Assembly: GCA_964016885.1 (NCBI GenBank)
Contig: OZ024748.1
Location: forward strand, 31,620,001 to 31,684,000
Direction of reading: 5' to 3'
Length of the DNA: 64,000 nucleotides
From: Eledone cirrhosa
Taxonomy: Eukaryota
Position 1 is the stretch's first letter, and the number at the start of each line of letters is the position of its first letter. Shown piece by piece: positions 18,111 to 29,992 of the stretch. Made by a program: the position numbers and the translations under genes. The notes under the pieces are model-generated. The model ran no database searches. It was not told the DNA's origin and saw only the letters and a program-made list of their open reading frames with translations.

Positions 18111-18177
18111 TTTTATTATGCGCATTTCAAAAACAAACATCATCAAACAATAATATTTGTGTTTTCATCAGATAAAA
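18111..18177 (-). ncRNA. Type I hammerhead ribozyme (family E, mirror copy)
   Basis: Reverse complement of 18280-18346. Confidence 0.88.
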
Positions 18178-18279
18178 CAGGAGAACATGATATGAAGGCT
18201 AAAAAAACACTTGTTGATAGTTGATTTAAAACTGCACTATCAACAAGTGTTTTTTTAGCCTTCATATCATGTTCTCCTG

Positions 18280-18346
18280 TTTTATCTGATGAAAACACAA
18301 ATATTATTGTTTGATGATGTTTGTTTTTGAAATGCGCATAATAAAA
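18280..18346 (+). ncRNA. Type I hammerhead ribozyme (family E)
   Basis: UUUUAU-CUGAUGA-AAA.ACAAAUAUU..GAUGUUUGU.UUU-GAA-AUGCGCAU-A-AUAAAA; canonical core. Confidence 0.9.
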
Positions 18347-18485
18347 TATATTGAATCTCCTTTAACCATCTTTTGATCTTATATTATATATATGTATATA
18401 TATATATATATATATGTGTATATATATATATATATACATATAGATATATATTATATATATTTATATATATATATGTATATATATG

Positions 18486-18540
<55 letters not shown>

Positions 18541-18544
18541 TATG

Positions 18545-18584
<40 letters not shown>

Positions 18585-18590
18585 TATAGA

Positions 18591-18622
<32 letters not shown>

Positions 18623-18632
18623 GATGTATATA

Positions 18633-18707
<75 letters not shown>

Positions 18708-18708
18708 T

Positions 18709-19131
18709 GGAAAGTTATATTTAAATTGTTGGGTTACAACTAGTAAATATTTATAACTGATATAAAAGCACTCAACAAGTATTTGGAGTATATTTACGAT
18801 ATTAAATAAATGGAAACTATATTTATAAAACCATATTTATTTCATTATATATATTTCAGGGATATCATATTAACAATATGTTATGCCTTCTTCAGACAAA
18901 ATACAATATAGACAGTTTTATAGATAAATAGATTTTGACATACCGTTCAACATCGACTTTTATTTGAAAAAGTTGATTTGGCAGTGAAAAAATTGTAAAC
19001 AGAAAGAAAGAAAGAAGGAAAGAAAGAAAGAAAGAAAACGAAGAAAAAGAAGAAAAAATAAAAAAGAAAAAAGAAGAAATGCATGCAACAAAATAGAGAG
19101 ATGGAAAGATAGATAAAGAGAAGAACTTCAT
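18709..19131 (-). mobile_element. Family D copy 3 (HHR at 18838-18903)
   Basis: Near-identical to 11099-11508. Confidence 0.8.
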
Positions 19132-19132
19132 G

Positions 19133-19270
<138 letters not shown>

Positions 19271-19292
19271 CTTATAATATAATATATATATA

Positions 19293-19411
<119 letters not shown>

Positions 19412-19658
19412 GTAATAATATATGTATATGTATTTATTTATATGTATATATATATATATATCATATATATATATATATGTATATATTATATATATATGTA
19501 TATATATGTATATATGATATATATATTATATAATATATATGTATATATATATATATGTATATACATATATTGTTATACTTTGGGAGGTCATGTTGTTATA
19601 AATTATAAATTTCTGGTTGGTTGGTTGGTTCCACAACCAGATAGTTGTTTATATATAT

Positions 19659-19703
19659 AGTCATAGTCCTTTCGTCACACACTCTGTGACCTCTTCAGTG
19701 ACT
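19659..19703 (-). ncRNA. Minimal type I hammerhead ribozyme (family F) in PLE 3' repeat
   Basis: AGUCA-CUGAAGA-G-GUCACA/UGUGAC-GAA-AG GA CU-A-UGACU; CUA site. Confidence 0.85.
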
Positions 19704-19994
19704 GGGGATCCCTTTCTTCATTTCTGTGCCTTTCCTTTCTTCTATCCTACGCCATTTTGTTTCTGTGTGTGTGTTGTGTGCTCAGTTTGCGCATGCGCCA
19801 CATCCGGGTGTCTGTGTGTGTGTGTTCACTTTTCTATTTTTCTATTTGTTTATTTATTTATTTATTTATTGTTGGTTGGTTGTTTGTTCTATGTGTGTGT
19901 GTGTTTTCATTTTGTCCTGTGTGTGTTTTCATTTTGTGTGTGTTTTCAATTGTAAGTTGTTTGTTCTATGTGTGTGTGTGTTTTCATTTTGTCC

Positions 19995-21007
19995 TTAATT
20001 GTAAGTTGTGATGTTGTTGTTCCACTCATATTTTCTATTTAATTTTGGTTTTAATTCTTTTATGCTTACTGCCTCTGTAATTTGCCTAAACATTGCGTCT
20101 TTTCTGTGTGTGGATTCTATTTTTATTTCTATGCTCTCTAATCTACCCCTGTGTTCTATCTTAGCATGTTGGTAGAGCACAGATGATTCTTTATTATCTT
20201 GGAGGTCTCGCCAGTGTTCATTTATTCGTTCCCCTATACTACGAGCTGTCTCACCTATGTACACTATATTTTTGTTTCTACATTGTCCTACAATACATCT
20301 TATGCTATACACTACATTTCTAGTTTTACAGTTAATATGGGGGCTTATTTTACAGGTTATACATTTCTTATCTATACATGAGGGTCTTTGGAACGGGTAT
20401 GTCTTGCTAATAAGTGTTTTTACGGAGGTACCAGGTCTTTCTACTATCTTAATATTGAGATTATGTTTATTTAGGGCCCTTCTAAATTTGTAGGCTAGTT
20501 CGCCTAGTTGTATTGATGAACATTACACTCTGGTATTTATTGCTATCATACCATGAGTTTATTCTATTGGCCTTGTTCCTAGTTCTTTCTATTCTATTCC
20601 AAAATTTGCTCCTATACAAGGGGCAGGTCCCATTTATGTCATTATTTACCATTTTTTCCCATTTGGTTCTGGCTCCTTTATACACTCTGATTCTATCTCT
20701 CTGATTGTAGCCAGAGAACTGCATACGGTGGATGAAGTGTTGTATGTGTCTCTCTAGTTCTTCGGGGTTGCACATGCGGGACACATTTCTCATCACCCGT
20801 ACCAAATCAGCAATCAGTATGTTGACTTTGGTATGGTCCGAAATGGCCGAGTTTCGGTGGATCAGATGTTTGGAAGTCATGGGTTTGGCATAATGGGAAT
20901 GGAGGATTTGTTTTTGGTTGTTAATGGTATCTAACCAGAGCTCTGTGTCTAGTACAGGTAATCGATGGTTGGGGTGTCTACTTGGGTAGTCTATAGTAAC
21001 TCTAATG
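19995..21007 (-). pseudogene. PLE RT thumb + GIY-YIG endonuclease fragment
   Basis: VYSIRC..C..VYIGETARSIGERINEH..LYQH..RQITEA..PKLNRKYEW; frameshift near 20490. Confidence 0.88.
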
Positions 21008-22394
21008 TCCTACTTCCTCTCCCTGATCATACGCCCCATCATTGAGATGTCCCCAGATGTGTGTGACAGCACGGAGGACCTCCTCAGCAGAATCGGCGCG
21101 GATAACCGATCTGGGGACCTAACAAACTGCATAATAGGCAGTATGGATGTTGTGTCCCTGTATCCATCTATTGACGTGGATTTTGCTGTGGAGAAATGCG
21201 TAGAAATGATCAGCGAGAGCAAGGTTGAGTTCCGTGGGATTGATACCAGTGAGCTGGGACTTCTACTTAAGCTTACCCATAGTAATAGTTACCTAGACAC
21301 TTATGACCTTAGCAACCTGTGCCCTACAAGACCAGCAAGAGGCAGACCACCTACCATTACCTCAATGGCCAAGAAAACCCACACAGATAGATGGAACGGG
21401 TGGACCAGAGCCATACGGACACCCAAAAACCACGATGAACTGAAGAAAATGATTGCACATGCGGTAGGGGCCAGCATAAAATTAACCCTTAAGGAACATA
21501 TGTTCAAATTTAATGGTAAAACATATGCCCAAGAGGAAGGAGCAGCCATTGGTGTTAGCATTGCAGGCGACATAGCTAACTTATTCATGGTATGGTGGGA
21601 CAGTAGACTTAAACAAAAACTTAATGAACAATTAGAAGACAGCTTAACCCTGATAATGTACTCCCGCTACGTAGATGATATAAACATCGTAGTTAAGACA
21701 CCCCCACTAAAGAACAGTCAGGAACTAGAGAAAAACACAATGGAAAGCATCCAGCAAATAGCAAACTCCATCCACCAGAGCATTAGAGTTACTATAGACT
21801 ACCCAAGTAGACACCCCAACCATCGATTACCTGTACTAGACACAGAGCTCTGGTTAGATACCATTAACAACCAAAAACAAATCCTCCATTCCTATTATGC
21901 CAAACCCATGACTTCCAAACATCTGATCCACCGAAACTCGGCCATTTCGGACCATACCAAAATCAACATACTGATTGCGGATTTGGTACGGGTGATGAGA
22001 AATGTGTCCCGCATGTGCAACCCCGAAGAACTAGAGAGACACATACAACACTTCATCCACCGTATGCAGTTCTCTGGCTACAATCAGAGAGATAGAATCA
22101 GAGTGTATAAAGGAGCCAGAACCAAATGGGAAAAAATGGTAAATAATGACATAAATGGGACCTGCCCCTTGTATAGGAGCAAATTTTGGAATAGAATAGA
22201 AAGAACTAGGAACAAGGCCAATAGAATAAACTCATGGTATGATAGCAATAAATACCAGAGTGTAATGTTCATCAATACAACTAGGCGAACTAGCCTACAA
22301 ATTTAGAAGGGCCCTAAATAAACATAATCTCAATATTAAGATAGTAGAAAGACCTGGTACCTCCGTAAAAACACTTATTAGCAAGACATACCCG
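21008..22394 (+). pseudogene. PLE reverse transcriptase fragment
   Basis: SMDVVSLYPSI, GAAIGVSIAGDIANLFM, YSRYVDD, RLPVLD; closely similar to 38017-40296. The ORF's ATG is created by the inversion junction. Confidence 0.9.
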
Positions 22395-22594
22395 NNNNNN
22401 NNNNNNNNNNNNNNNNNNNNNNNNNNNNNNNNNNNNNNNNNNNNNNNNNNNNNNNNNNNNNNNNNNNNNNNNNNNNNNNNNNNNNNNNNNNNNNNNNNNN
22501 NNNNNNNNNNNNNNNNNNNNNNNNNNNNNNNNNNNNNNNNNNNNNNNNNNNNNNNNNNNNNNNNNNNNNNNNNNNNNNNNNNNNNNNNNNNNNN
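22395..22594. other. Assembly gap (200 N)
   Basis: Run of N. Confidence 1.
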
Positions 22595-22597
22595 TAC

Positions 22598-22660
<63 letters not shown>

Positions 22661-22995
22661 CTGTCTCCTTTATATTTCATGTGGATATCATTTCATGTTC
22701 ACTCTGTTTTGGTGTTTTAATCGCGAAATATTCTTTGAACGATATTTATTACTAATATTTATAGTTCTCTTTGACCGCTCTCTCACTTTCTGAATTGCTA
22801 TTTCTCACGCTGTCTCTGTCTCTCTCCTTCCTTCCTCTCTCTCTCTCTCTAGATCACACAAGCTCCCCCCCCCCCCTCTCTCTCTCTCTCTCTAAATCGC
22901 ACCTTGAATTTCTCACAGGACTTATCTATCTCCTCTCTCTCTCTAACCTCTACCCTACTCTTCCCACTATCTCTCTTTCTCCCCTCCACAGCGAA

Positions 22996-23811
22996 ATGGA
23001 CTGCATACAGGAAAAAGGTGAAATTAGGAGTCAGCGAAACTGGTCAAAGATGGAACTAGCGGTTTTGATCAAGGGGTGGACCATGGCTGATGGGTCTCCA
23101 CCAAGCAAAAAGATGGCGGAGAACCTGAAAAGCCATGGGTTTCTGAGGACCCTGGCACAGATAGAGAGAAAGAGAAAAGAAATAGAGAAGGCGTATGTCC
23201 TCATAGCGCCACATATGGCGATGCTAAGCCGTGTCCTCAGTGAGGAGAAAACCGAAGAGAAGGGAGAGGAGAAAGAGAGAGAAAAAGAAAAGGAAGAGAG
23301 CACAAGCACAGACCTGAAAGAAAATGAGATACCCTCCGCCACAGTCAGGGAGGGCAGGCCGGGCAACCAACAAGCAAAAGGTAAAGGTGAAAAGCGAAAT
23401 CACCTTCCGAAGGAGAACCAAGCGCAGAGGGGCCAGTGGACAACTGTTCAAAGGAAGAACAGAAAGCACCAAGACACTGGGAGCAAAAAAACCCAAGTAA
23501 TGTGCAAGTTTTTCAAGAACGGGACCTACTGGCATGGAGAGACAGGGATGGGATGCAGATTCGCCCACCCTAGGTCTCAAACGAACTATGCCCATCCTAC
23601 TCGCGCAACATGCCCCAGCCAAAGCCGAAATAAGCCGCTCCAGAAGTATGCTGATGTCGCGCGTGTCGCACCAACAAGGAGAAGGCACGCACATGCCGAC
23701 GAGATACAGATGGCAGCAGCAGAGCAGAAAAGTTTTTTAGTGATGGCAGAGAAGATTGTGGGACAGCTGACCTGGCTGCATCGTTTCCAGAGCCAGGGTC
23801 ACCCACACTAG
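22996..23811 (+). CDS. LINE ORF1: Myb/SANT(trihelix)-like N-terminus, charged coil, degenerate CCCH zinc finger
   Basis: First ATG after the CT tract; RNWSKMELAVLIKGW..MAENLKSHGFLRTLAQIERKRKEIEKAY; CKFFKNGTYWHGETGMGCRFAHP. Confidence 0.7.
   Translation: MDCIQEKGEIRSQRNWSKMELAVLIKGWTMADGSPPSKKMAENLKSHGFLRTLAQIERKRKEIEKAYVLIAPHMAMLSRVLSEEKTEEKGEEKEREKEKEESTSTDLKENEIPSATVREGRPGNQQAKGKGEKRNHLPKENQAQRGQWTTVQRKNRKHQDTGSKKTQVMCKFFKNGTYWHGETGMGCRFAHPRSQTNYAHPTRATCPSQSRNKPLQKYADVARVAPTRRRHAHADEIQMAAAEQKSFLVMAEKIVGQLTWLHRFQSQGHPH
23733..23801 (+). promoter_or_regulatory. Candidate -1 programmed frameshift site (U_UUU_UUA) plus downstream hairpin
   Basis: Heptamer in ORF1 phase (AGT TTT TTA GTG); the -1 frame is open from 23655 into the APE domain; hairpin TGACCTGGCT/AGCCAGGGTCA at 23768-23801. 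Confidence 0.55.
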
Positions 23812-26804
23812 CACTCGAGACCACCACAGCTAAGGGACCCAGAGTGGCCGCCGCTGACACCAGACCAGGTGTCATACCGACAGCCATTACTGGCACCCCA
23901 AAGGTCACACCAGTGCTGCTGCTGAATGTCAGAGGCCTGGTGAAACTCAGTAACATGAGTAAAATGTCCTACCTGGGAGACTTAGCCATAAGCAATCAAG
24001 CATTATGCATGACACTAACCGAAACACACCTGACAAGCAGTATAGCAGATGCAGAAATACATATACCGCAATATACTGTATTTCGTTCGGACAGGAAGGA
24101 GAGAACTCATGGTGGGGTTGCTTTGTATATCCGTGAGGATGTCACACCAATTGTGCTGTTGACACATTCAAACTCAGTCTGTGACACACTGATAGTACAT
24201 ATGAAGCAACTACAGACAGTAATATGTATCACATATCGGCCGCCCGATTCCCCCAGTCATGAGGGTAAATTTGAGGATAGCCTAAGTAGGATAGAAGAGA
24301 TCCTTGACAAACTGGACCAGGGTCTCAACATTCTACTGCTGGGAGACTTCAACCTACCAAAGGTCAAATGGCCTGAGGGCCACCTCCTCCCTGGAATGAG
24401 TCAATAGAACAGAGACAGACGGAATCTCTGCTGGCCCTCACACAGAGGCTGTTCATGGAGCAAGCAATACTCCTCCCAACAAGAGGCGAAAATGTCCTGG
24501 ACCTCTGTTTTACAAACAACGAAGTGCTCATCCACAATGTAAAGGTGACACCAACAATTCTCTCGGATCATAACTTAGTAGAGCTAATGATATGTGGTCC
24601 AAGAGAACCAACAGAGACAAAACCAACAAGAAGCTCCGGGACGTTATCCAGCCTTAACTTCTACAAAGCTAACTGGAAAAAGATTAAGAGAGAAATCCGG
24701 AAGCAAACATGGAGTGAAAACACCGCCACACAAGACACTAACACACAATTTCAACACTTCATGACAACGATACACACTATATACAAAAAGTTTGTCCCGG
24801 AGAAAGAGGCAAACTGACACAAAAATCTTATTCCCAGGGATAGGAAAATCCTTATGAGACGTAGAACTAAACTCTCAAACCAGTTGAATAGCCAACAAAA
24901 CAAAAACAAGAAGGAATCCTATTTGAAATGTGCATTACTTGGCACCGAGACTGCACTCAAGCTTTCCCATGAGAATGAGAGGGCAAAGAAAGAGAACAGG
25001 GCCATAGAAAACATTAAAACAAACCCTAAGGCCTTCTTTAAATTTGCAAAAGAAACTGCCTCAGTACAAAAGTGTGTTCACATGTCCACTGAGGCACATG
25101 CAAATAACGAAGCCTGAGGAGTTCTTTGATGCCACAAAACTACATGAAGAAATGGCAACCATCAACCACATAGACATAACGGAGGAGGATGTGGTGTACG
25201 CCATTGATGAAATTAGAACAGACTCGGCTTCTGGACCTGATGGATTCCCATCAGTTCTCTTAAAAATATGTAAGCGGGCCTTAGCAACTCCACTGAAGAT
25301 GCTCTTCAGAAGCTCCTTGGCTAGCGGTGTACTACCCAGGGAGCTGAAAGAAGGCACAATATGCCCTATCCATAAAGGAGGTAGCAGAGCGGAGGCCAAA
25401 AACTATAGGCCAGTCTCCCTGACGTCGCATATCAGTAAGGTCATAGAACGAGTCGTCAGAAAGAAACTGATCACTTTCCTCGAGGAAAATGACCGCCTGA
25501 CTAGCACGCAACATGGCTTCCGCGCAGGAAGAAGCTGCCTTACACAGCTGCTACAACACTACGACTGGGTACTGAGACAACTACTAGACAGCTCACATGT
25601 GGACGTGATATATCTTGACTTTGCGAAGGCCTTTGACAAGTTCGACCACGGAATGATATTTCACAAACTACATGGAGTCGGCATAACTGGAAAAGTAGGT
25701 AAGTGGCTGCATGGCTTCCTAAGGGACAGAGGCCAGGCAGTCGCAGCAAATGGATCCCTCTCAAAGGAAACACCAATAACAAGTGAGGTGCCCCATGGGA
25801 CAGTCCTGGGACCACTATTGTTTTTGGTGGCTCTCTCAGACATGTCCTCTGTAGTACATACAACAAGATCCCTCACTAGCTATGCTGATGACACTAAGGT
25901 AGCACAGGCAATCAAAAACCCGGCTGACGCTGCCCTTTTACAGCAGGATCTGGATGCCATATACAAATGGGCGGAAGAAACAACATGCAGTTTAATGCTG
26001 GCAAATTCCAAGCCCTACAATACAAACCTCCAAACAAACCTGCAAACACAAATATAGTGGAATAAAACTACACAGGACCAGGAGAGGGACCGATATCCCC
26101 GTATCAAAATCGATACGAGACCTGGGCATAGACATGAGCGATGATGCATCTTTTTCTTCACACATCATGAAAGTGGCGACAATGTGCACACGACTCGCTG
26201 GCTGGATCTTGAGGACTTTCCGGACAAGAGATCGAGACACCATGTTGACACTATGGAGGACATTTGACCTAAGCCGCCTGGACTACTGCTCCCAGTTGTG
26301 GTCACCCCATAGTGTCAAACTAACCACGGAGCTTGAGGCAATCCAGCGAAGCTACACCAAGAGGATTACCAAGATGAGGGAGACAAGCTACTGGGAGAGG
26401 CTAAAGGAACTGAACCTCTACTCCTTGGAGCGAAGACGGGAAAGATACGCAGTGATCTACATGTGGAAAATCCTGGAGGGACTAGCACCAAACTTTGGCA
26501 TTGGGAGCTGGAGCAACCGTCGAACAGGACGTCACTGTGTGGTGCAAAGGTCCCGTCTTCGACATCTAGAATAAGGAGCAGGTATTGCAATAGCCTGGGA
26601 TTCAAGGGCCCTCAACTCTTCAACAGGCTGCCGAGGGATCTGAGAGATTTGCATGACGTGGAGGTGGATGTCTTCAAGAAACATCTCGACACCTTGTTAT
26701 CCAGGATCCCGGATGAGCCCACAGCAAGACACGAGGGAAACATAAGGGCAGCAGCAACAAACTCCCTCTTACACCAGTGGCCAACCTATACAGGCTGGAG
26801 ATAA
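23733..26804 (+). pseudogene. LINE ORF2 (APE endonuclease + RT), multiple frameshifts/stops
   Basis: Collinear fragments 23844-24407, 24455-24817, 24854-25117, 25044-26057, 26134-26574, 26463-26804. Confidence 0.9.
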
Positions 26805-26896
26805 AACGTGTAGCAACAAGGGCGGTGACCCAGCATTGCCTCAGCCGGATGGCTGAAACAGGTAAAAGATTAAAAGAGTATATATATGTATATATG

Positions 26897-26931
<35 letters not shown>

Positions 26932-27008
26932 GTATATATGTATATATATATGTATATATATATATGTATATATGTATATATATATGTATGTAAATATGTA
27001 TATATGTA

Positions 27009-27077
<69 letters not shown>

Positions 27078-27142
27078 GTATATATGTATATTTGTATATA
27101 TATATGTATATGTATGTATATATATATATATATATATGTATG

Positions 27143-27194
<52 letters not shown>

Positions 27195-28189
27195 CATTTA
27201 AAGTATATGATAAACACGAAATGTGTTTACATTGCAACAGACAAAGTTAGCTATTAATGAAATAAACTAATAAAAGTGAATACAATTTGTCTGTCTCGAT
27301 ACAAGTCAATAAAGGCAAGGTTATATTGGCAACTGCCATGATTCCTGGACATATTTAAATTTCAAAATTCAAACCTGTTCTGTAGACGAATTTGAACCTC
27401 GAAACCCAAATAAGTTTCGCAATGGTGGAATGTGAATTGAAAAATAAAGAGAATCGAAATGGAATAGAAATGGAATAGAAATTAGTTTATTTCATTAATA
27501 GCTAACTTTGTCTGTTGCAATGTAAACACATTTCGTGTTTATCATATACTTTAAATGTATTTAACTGCTCGGAAGAGCCCCTCCCTGGAGCTTAATTATT
27601 GTAAACGACTGAGAGTTTATTCTCAAAATATAATATAATGTATAGCTCCTTTATTGTAAGAGCTGATCCTTAGTCCTGCATAAGCGGCTGTTATTTCTAG
27701 CACCGTGAATGTGGGATAGCTAGTTTTGGCCTGCCTACCCACGTGTAGTCAGTCCTGCAAAATTTTTGATGTGAGATAAACTAATCTTACTGGATTCCTG
27801 TTGATATGCACAGATGATTTGGATATTTCACTCTTTTATTTCTATTCCATTTCGATTCTCTTTATTTTTCAATTCACATTCCACCATTGTGAAACTTATT
27901 TGGGTTTCGAGGTTCAAATTCGTCTACAGAACAGGTTTGAATTTTGAAATTTAAATATGTCCAGGAATCATGGCAGTTGCCAATATAACCTTGCCTTTAT
28001 TGACTTGTATCGAGACAGACAAATTGTATTCACTTTTATTAGTTTATTTCATTAATAGCTAACTTTGTCTGTTGCAATGTAAACACATTTCGTGTTTATC
28101 ATATACTTTAAATGTATTTAACTGCTCGGAAGAGCCCCTTCCTGGAGCTTAATTATTGTAAACGACTGAGAGTTTATTCTCAAAATATA

Positions 28190-28197
<8 letters not shown>
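27195..28197 (+). mobile_element. Non-coding element family G: ~557-bp partial tandem with inverted 5' segment
   Basis: 27481-27640 is repeated at 28038-28197; 27195-27470 is the reverse complement of ~27840-28115; many short hairpins. Confidence 0.75.
27793..27969 (+). ncRNA. Candidate degenerate hammerhead (family G), CAGAUGA core
   Basis: GAUUCCUG..GCA-CAGAUGA-[~128 nt]-GAA-AUUUAAAU-A-UGU.CAGGAAUC; the base of stem II pairs poorly. Confidence 0.35.
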
Positions 28198-28239
<42 letters not shown>

Positions 28240-28261
28240 TATGTATGTATATATATATATG

Positions 28262-28292
<31 letters not shown>

Positions 28293-28311
28293 GTATGTAT
28301 ATATATATATG

Positions 28312-28342
<31 letters not shown>

Positions 28343-28421
28343 GTATGTATATATATATATGTATATGTATATGTATATATATATATGTATATATATATGT
28401 ATATATATGTATATATGTATG

Positions 28422-28550
<129 letters not shown>

Positions 28551-28608
28551 ATATATATATGTATGTATATATATATATGTATATATCTATATATATATGT
28601 ATATATGT

Positions 28609-28692
<84 letters not shown>

Positions 28693-28780
28693 GTATATAT
28701 ATTTATATATGTGTGTGTATATAATAATTATAATGAAATGACAGGAGGCTGGATTTGTGTAAATCCTTGAAAGTTTTGTT

Positions 28781-28838
28781 ATACTATGATCATTTCAATG
28801 GCCGGGTTCCGTATGAATCCGGTGATATCATCAGGTAT
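28781..28838 (-). ncRNA. Type I hammerhead ribozyme (family H)
   Basis: AUAC-CUGAUGA-U AU..CCGG.UUC/GAA.CCGG..AU U-GAA-AUGAUCAU-A-GUAU; lies in a non-coding segment (~28730-29540) with a pyrimidine-rich sense strand. Confidence 0.82.
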
Positions 28839-29582
28839 TCGAAATATAATACGTGAATGTAATAGATAAAATCCATGGGGCTGAAAATCGAGGACCCCAG
28901 GACGACCGCTATTCTGATCCTTCAACTTCAGCCGGTCGCCCTGGAGTGACGTGGCTAAATTTTATAGTATGCTACTACCGGTCAGATAAACGAGAGCAGA
29001 AAGGGATGGGAACATAAGTTAACGTCGATCTCATGACACAAGGTAAAAGAAAGAAAGAAAGAAAGGAAGGAGAGAGAAGAAGGGGGAAGAAAGAAGAAAA
29101 GAAGCCAGGTTTAATGTCAGCTAAAAGAAGAAAGGCAACTACTACCGGTCAGATATAGGTAAGCAAGAGGGGGAAGGAAGATAAGTCTGCGGGAGGAAGA
29201 CAGGAAGAGGGGAGAAGAGAAGGAAGAGAAGAGAGAAGTAGAAAAGTAAGGGTTGATGGCTACAAGAAGGAAGATAGAAAGAAAAAGGAATTGAGGTCGA
29301 TATTAATGTCAGACCACAGTCAGGCCAGGAGTGGCGCGAGAAAATTTTCACAGGGACCCGCATCTTAGCAGAGGTGAATATATTGGGAGTCAGTGTGTTA
29401 CAATGTTTAGACTTCTAGGATGAAGTTAAAAAAAATTAATAATCAATATTCAATATTAAAGAGGTTAGAGAATTTAAAGTTCAACAGTTTAACATTTTAT
29501 TATATAATAGTTCCGATTTGTTCTGTAATTTAAAGGTACTATGTGGCGGTTAAAACACCGGCCGCGCCCCGGGCCCCATGGC

Positions 29583-29842
29583 GAATTAATCTACGCCGAG
29601 CATTTTCATTTACCGAAAGAAGGGGACATTTATTTTTCCGAGCACTCCTTTCGGTAAATGAAAATACTCGGCGTAGCTTAATTCTGAAACTAACAAAGTC
29701 AATCTGTAAACGAAGAAATGGATATTTAAAAAAACGTTGCAACCGGAGGAAGACAGGAAGACGATACTTTGGTTCGTGGAAACGTTCCCGGTTGCAACGT
29801 GTTTTGAAATATCCACTTCTGCGCTTACAGATTGACTTTGTC
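29583..29842. repeat. Two adjacent long hairpins (MITE-like); second hairpin family repeated at 47158-47316 and 53919-53960
   Basis: Arms ~29583-29622/29643-29684 and 29693-29746/29788-29841. Confidence 0.7.
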
Positions 29843-29916
29843 TATATATATATATATATATATGTCTATATGACTATATATGTATATATATGTCTATATG
29901 TGTATATATTTATATA

Positions 29917-29989
<73 letters not shown>

Positions 29990-29992
<3 letters not shown>

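Larger units (their letters stand above)
17986..18388. mobile_element. Palindromic non-coding HHR element, family E
   Basis: Arms 18071-18220 / 18237-18388; TA-flanked. Confidence 0.8.
19568..22394. mobile_element. Penelope-like element, two truncated copies head-to-head (junction 21007/21008)
   Basis: 20391-21007 is the reverse complement of 21781-22394; the minus arm carries thumb, GIY-YIG, 3'UTR and HHR; the plus arm carries RT and runs into the gap. Confidence 0.9.
22660..26878 (+). mobile_element. CR1-group-like LINE (ORF1 + APE-RT ORF2), near full length, decayed
   Basis: CT-rich 5'UTR, ORF1, APE motifs (NVRGL, LTETHL, GGVALY, YRPP, LGDFN, LDL, SDH), RT motifs (YRPVSLTS, QHGFR, LDFAKAFD, YADD), C-terminal LERRRERY..PDEP..NSL; TA-flanked. 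Confidence 0.9.

Noticed and set aside
22771-22995. Leu/Ser-rich N-terminal extension of LINE ORF1
   Set aside because: Starts at TTG and translates the CT-rich 5'UTR; the ATG at 22996 is the plausible start.
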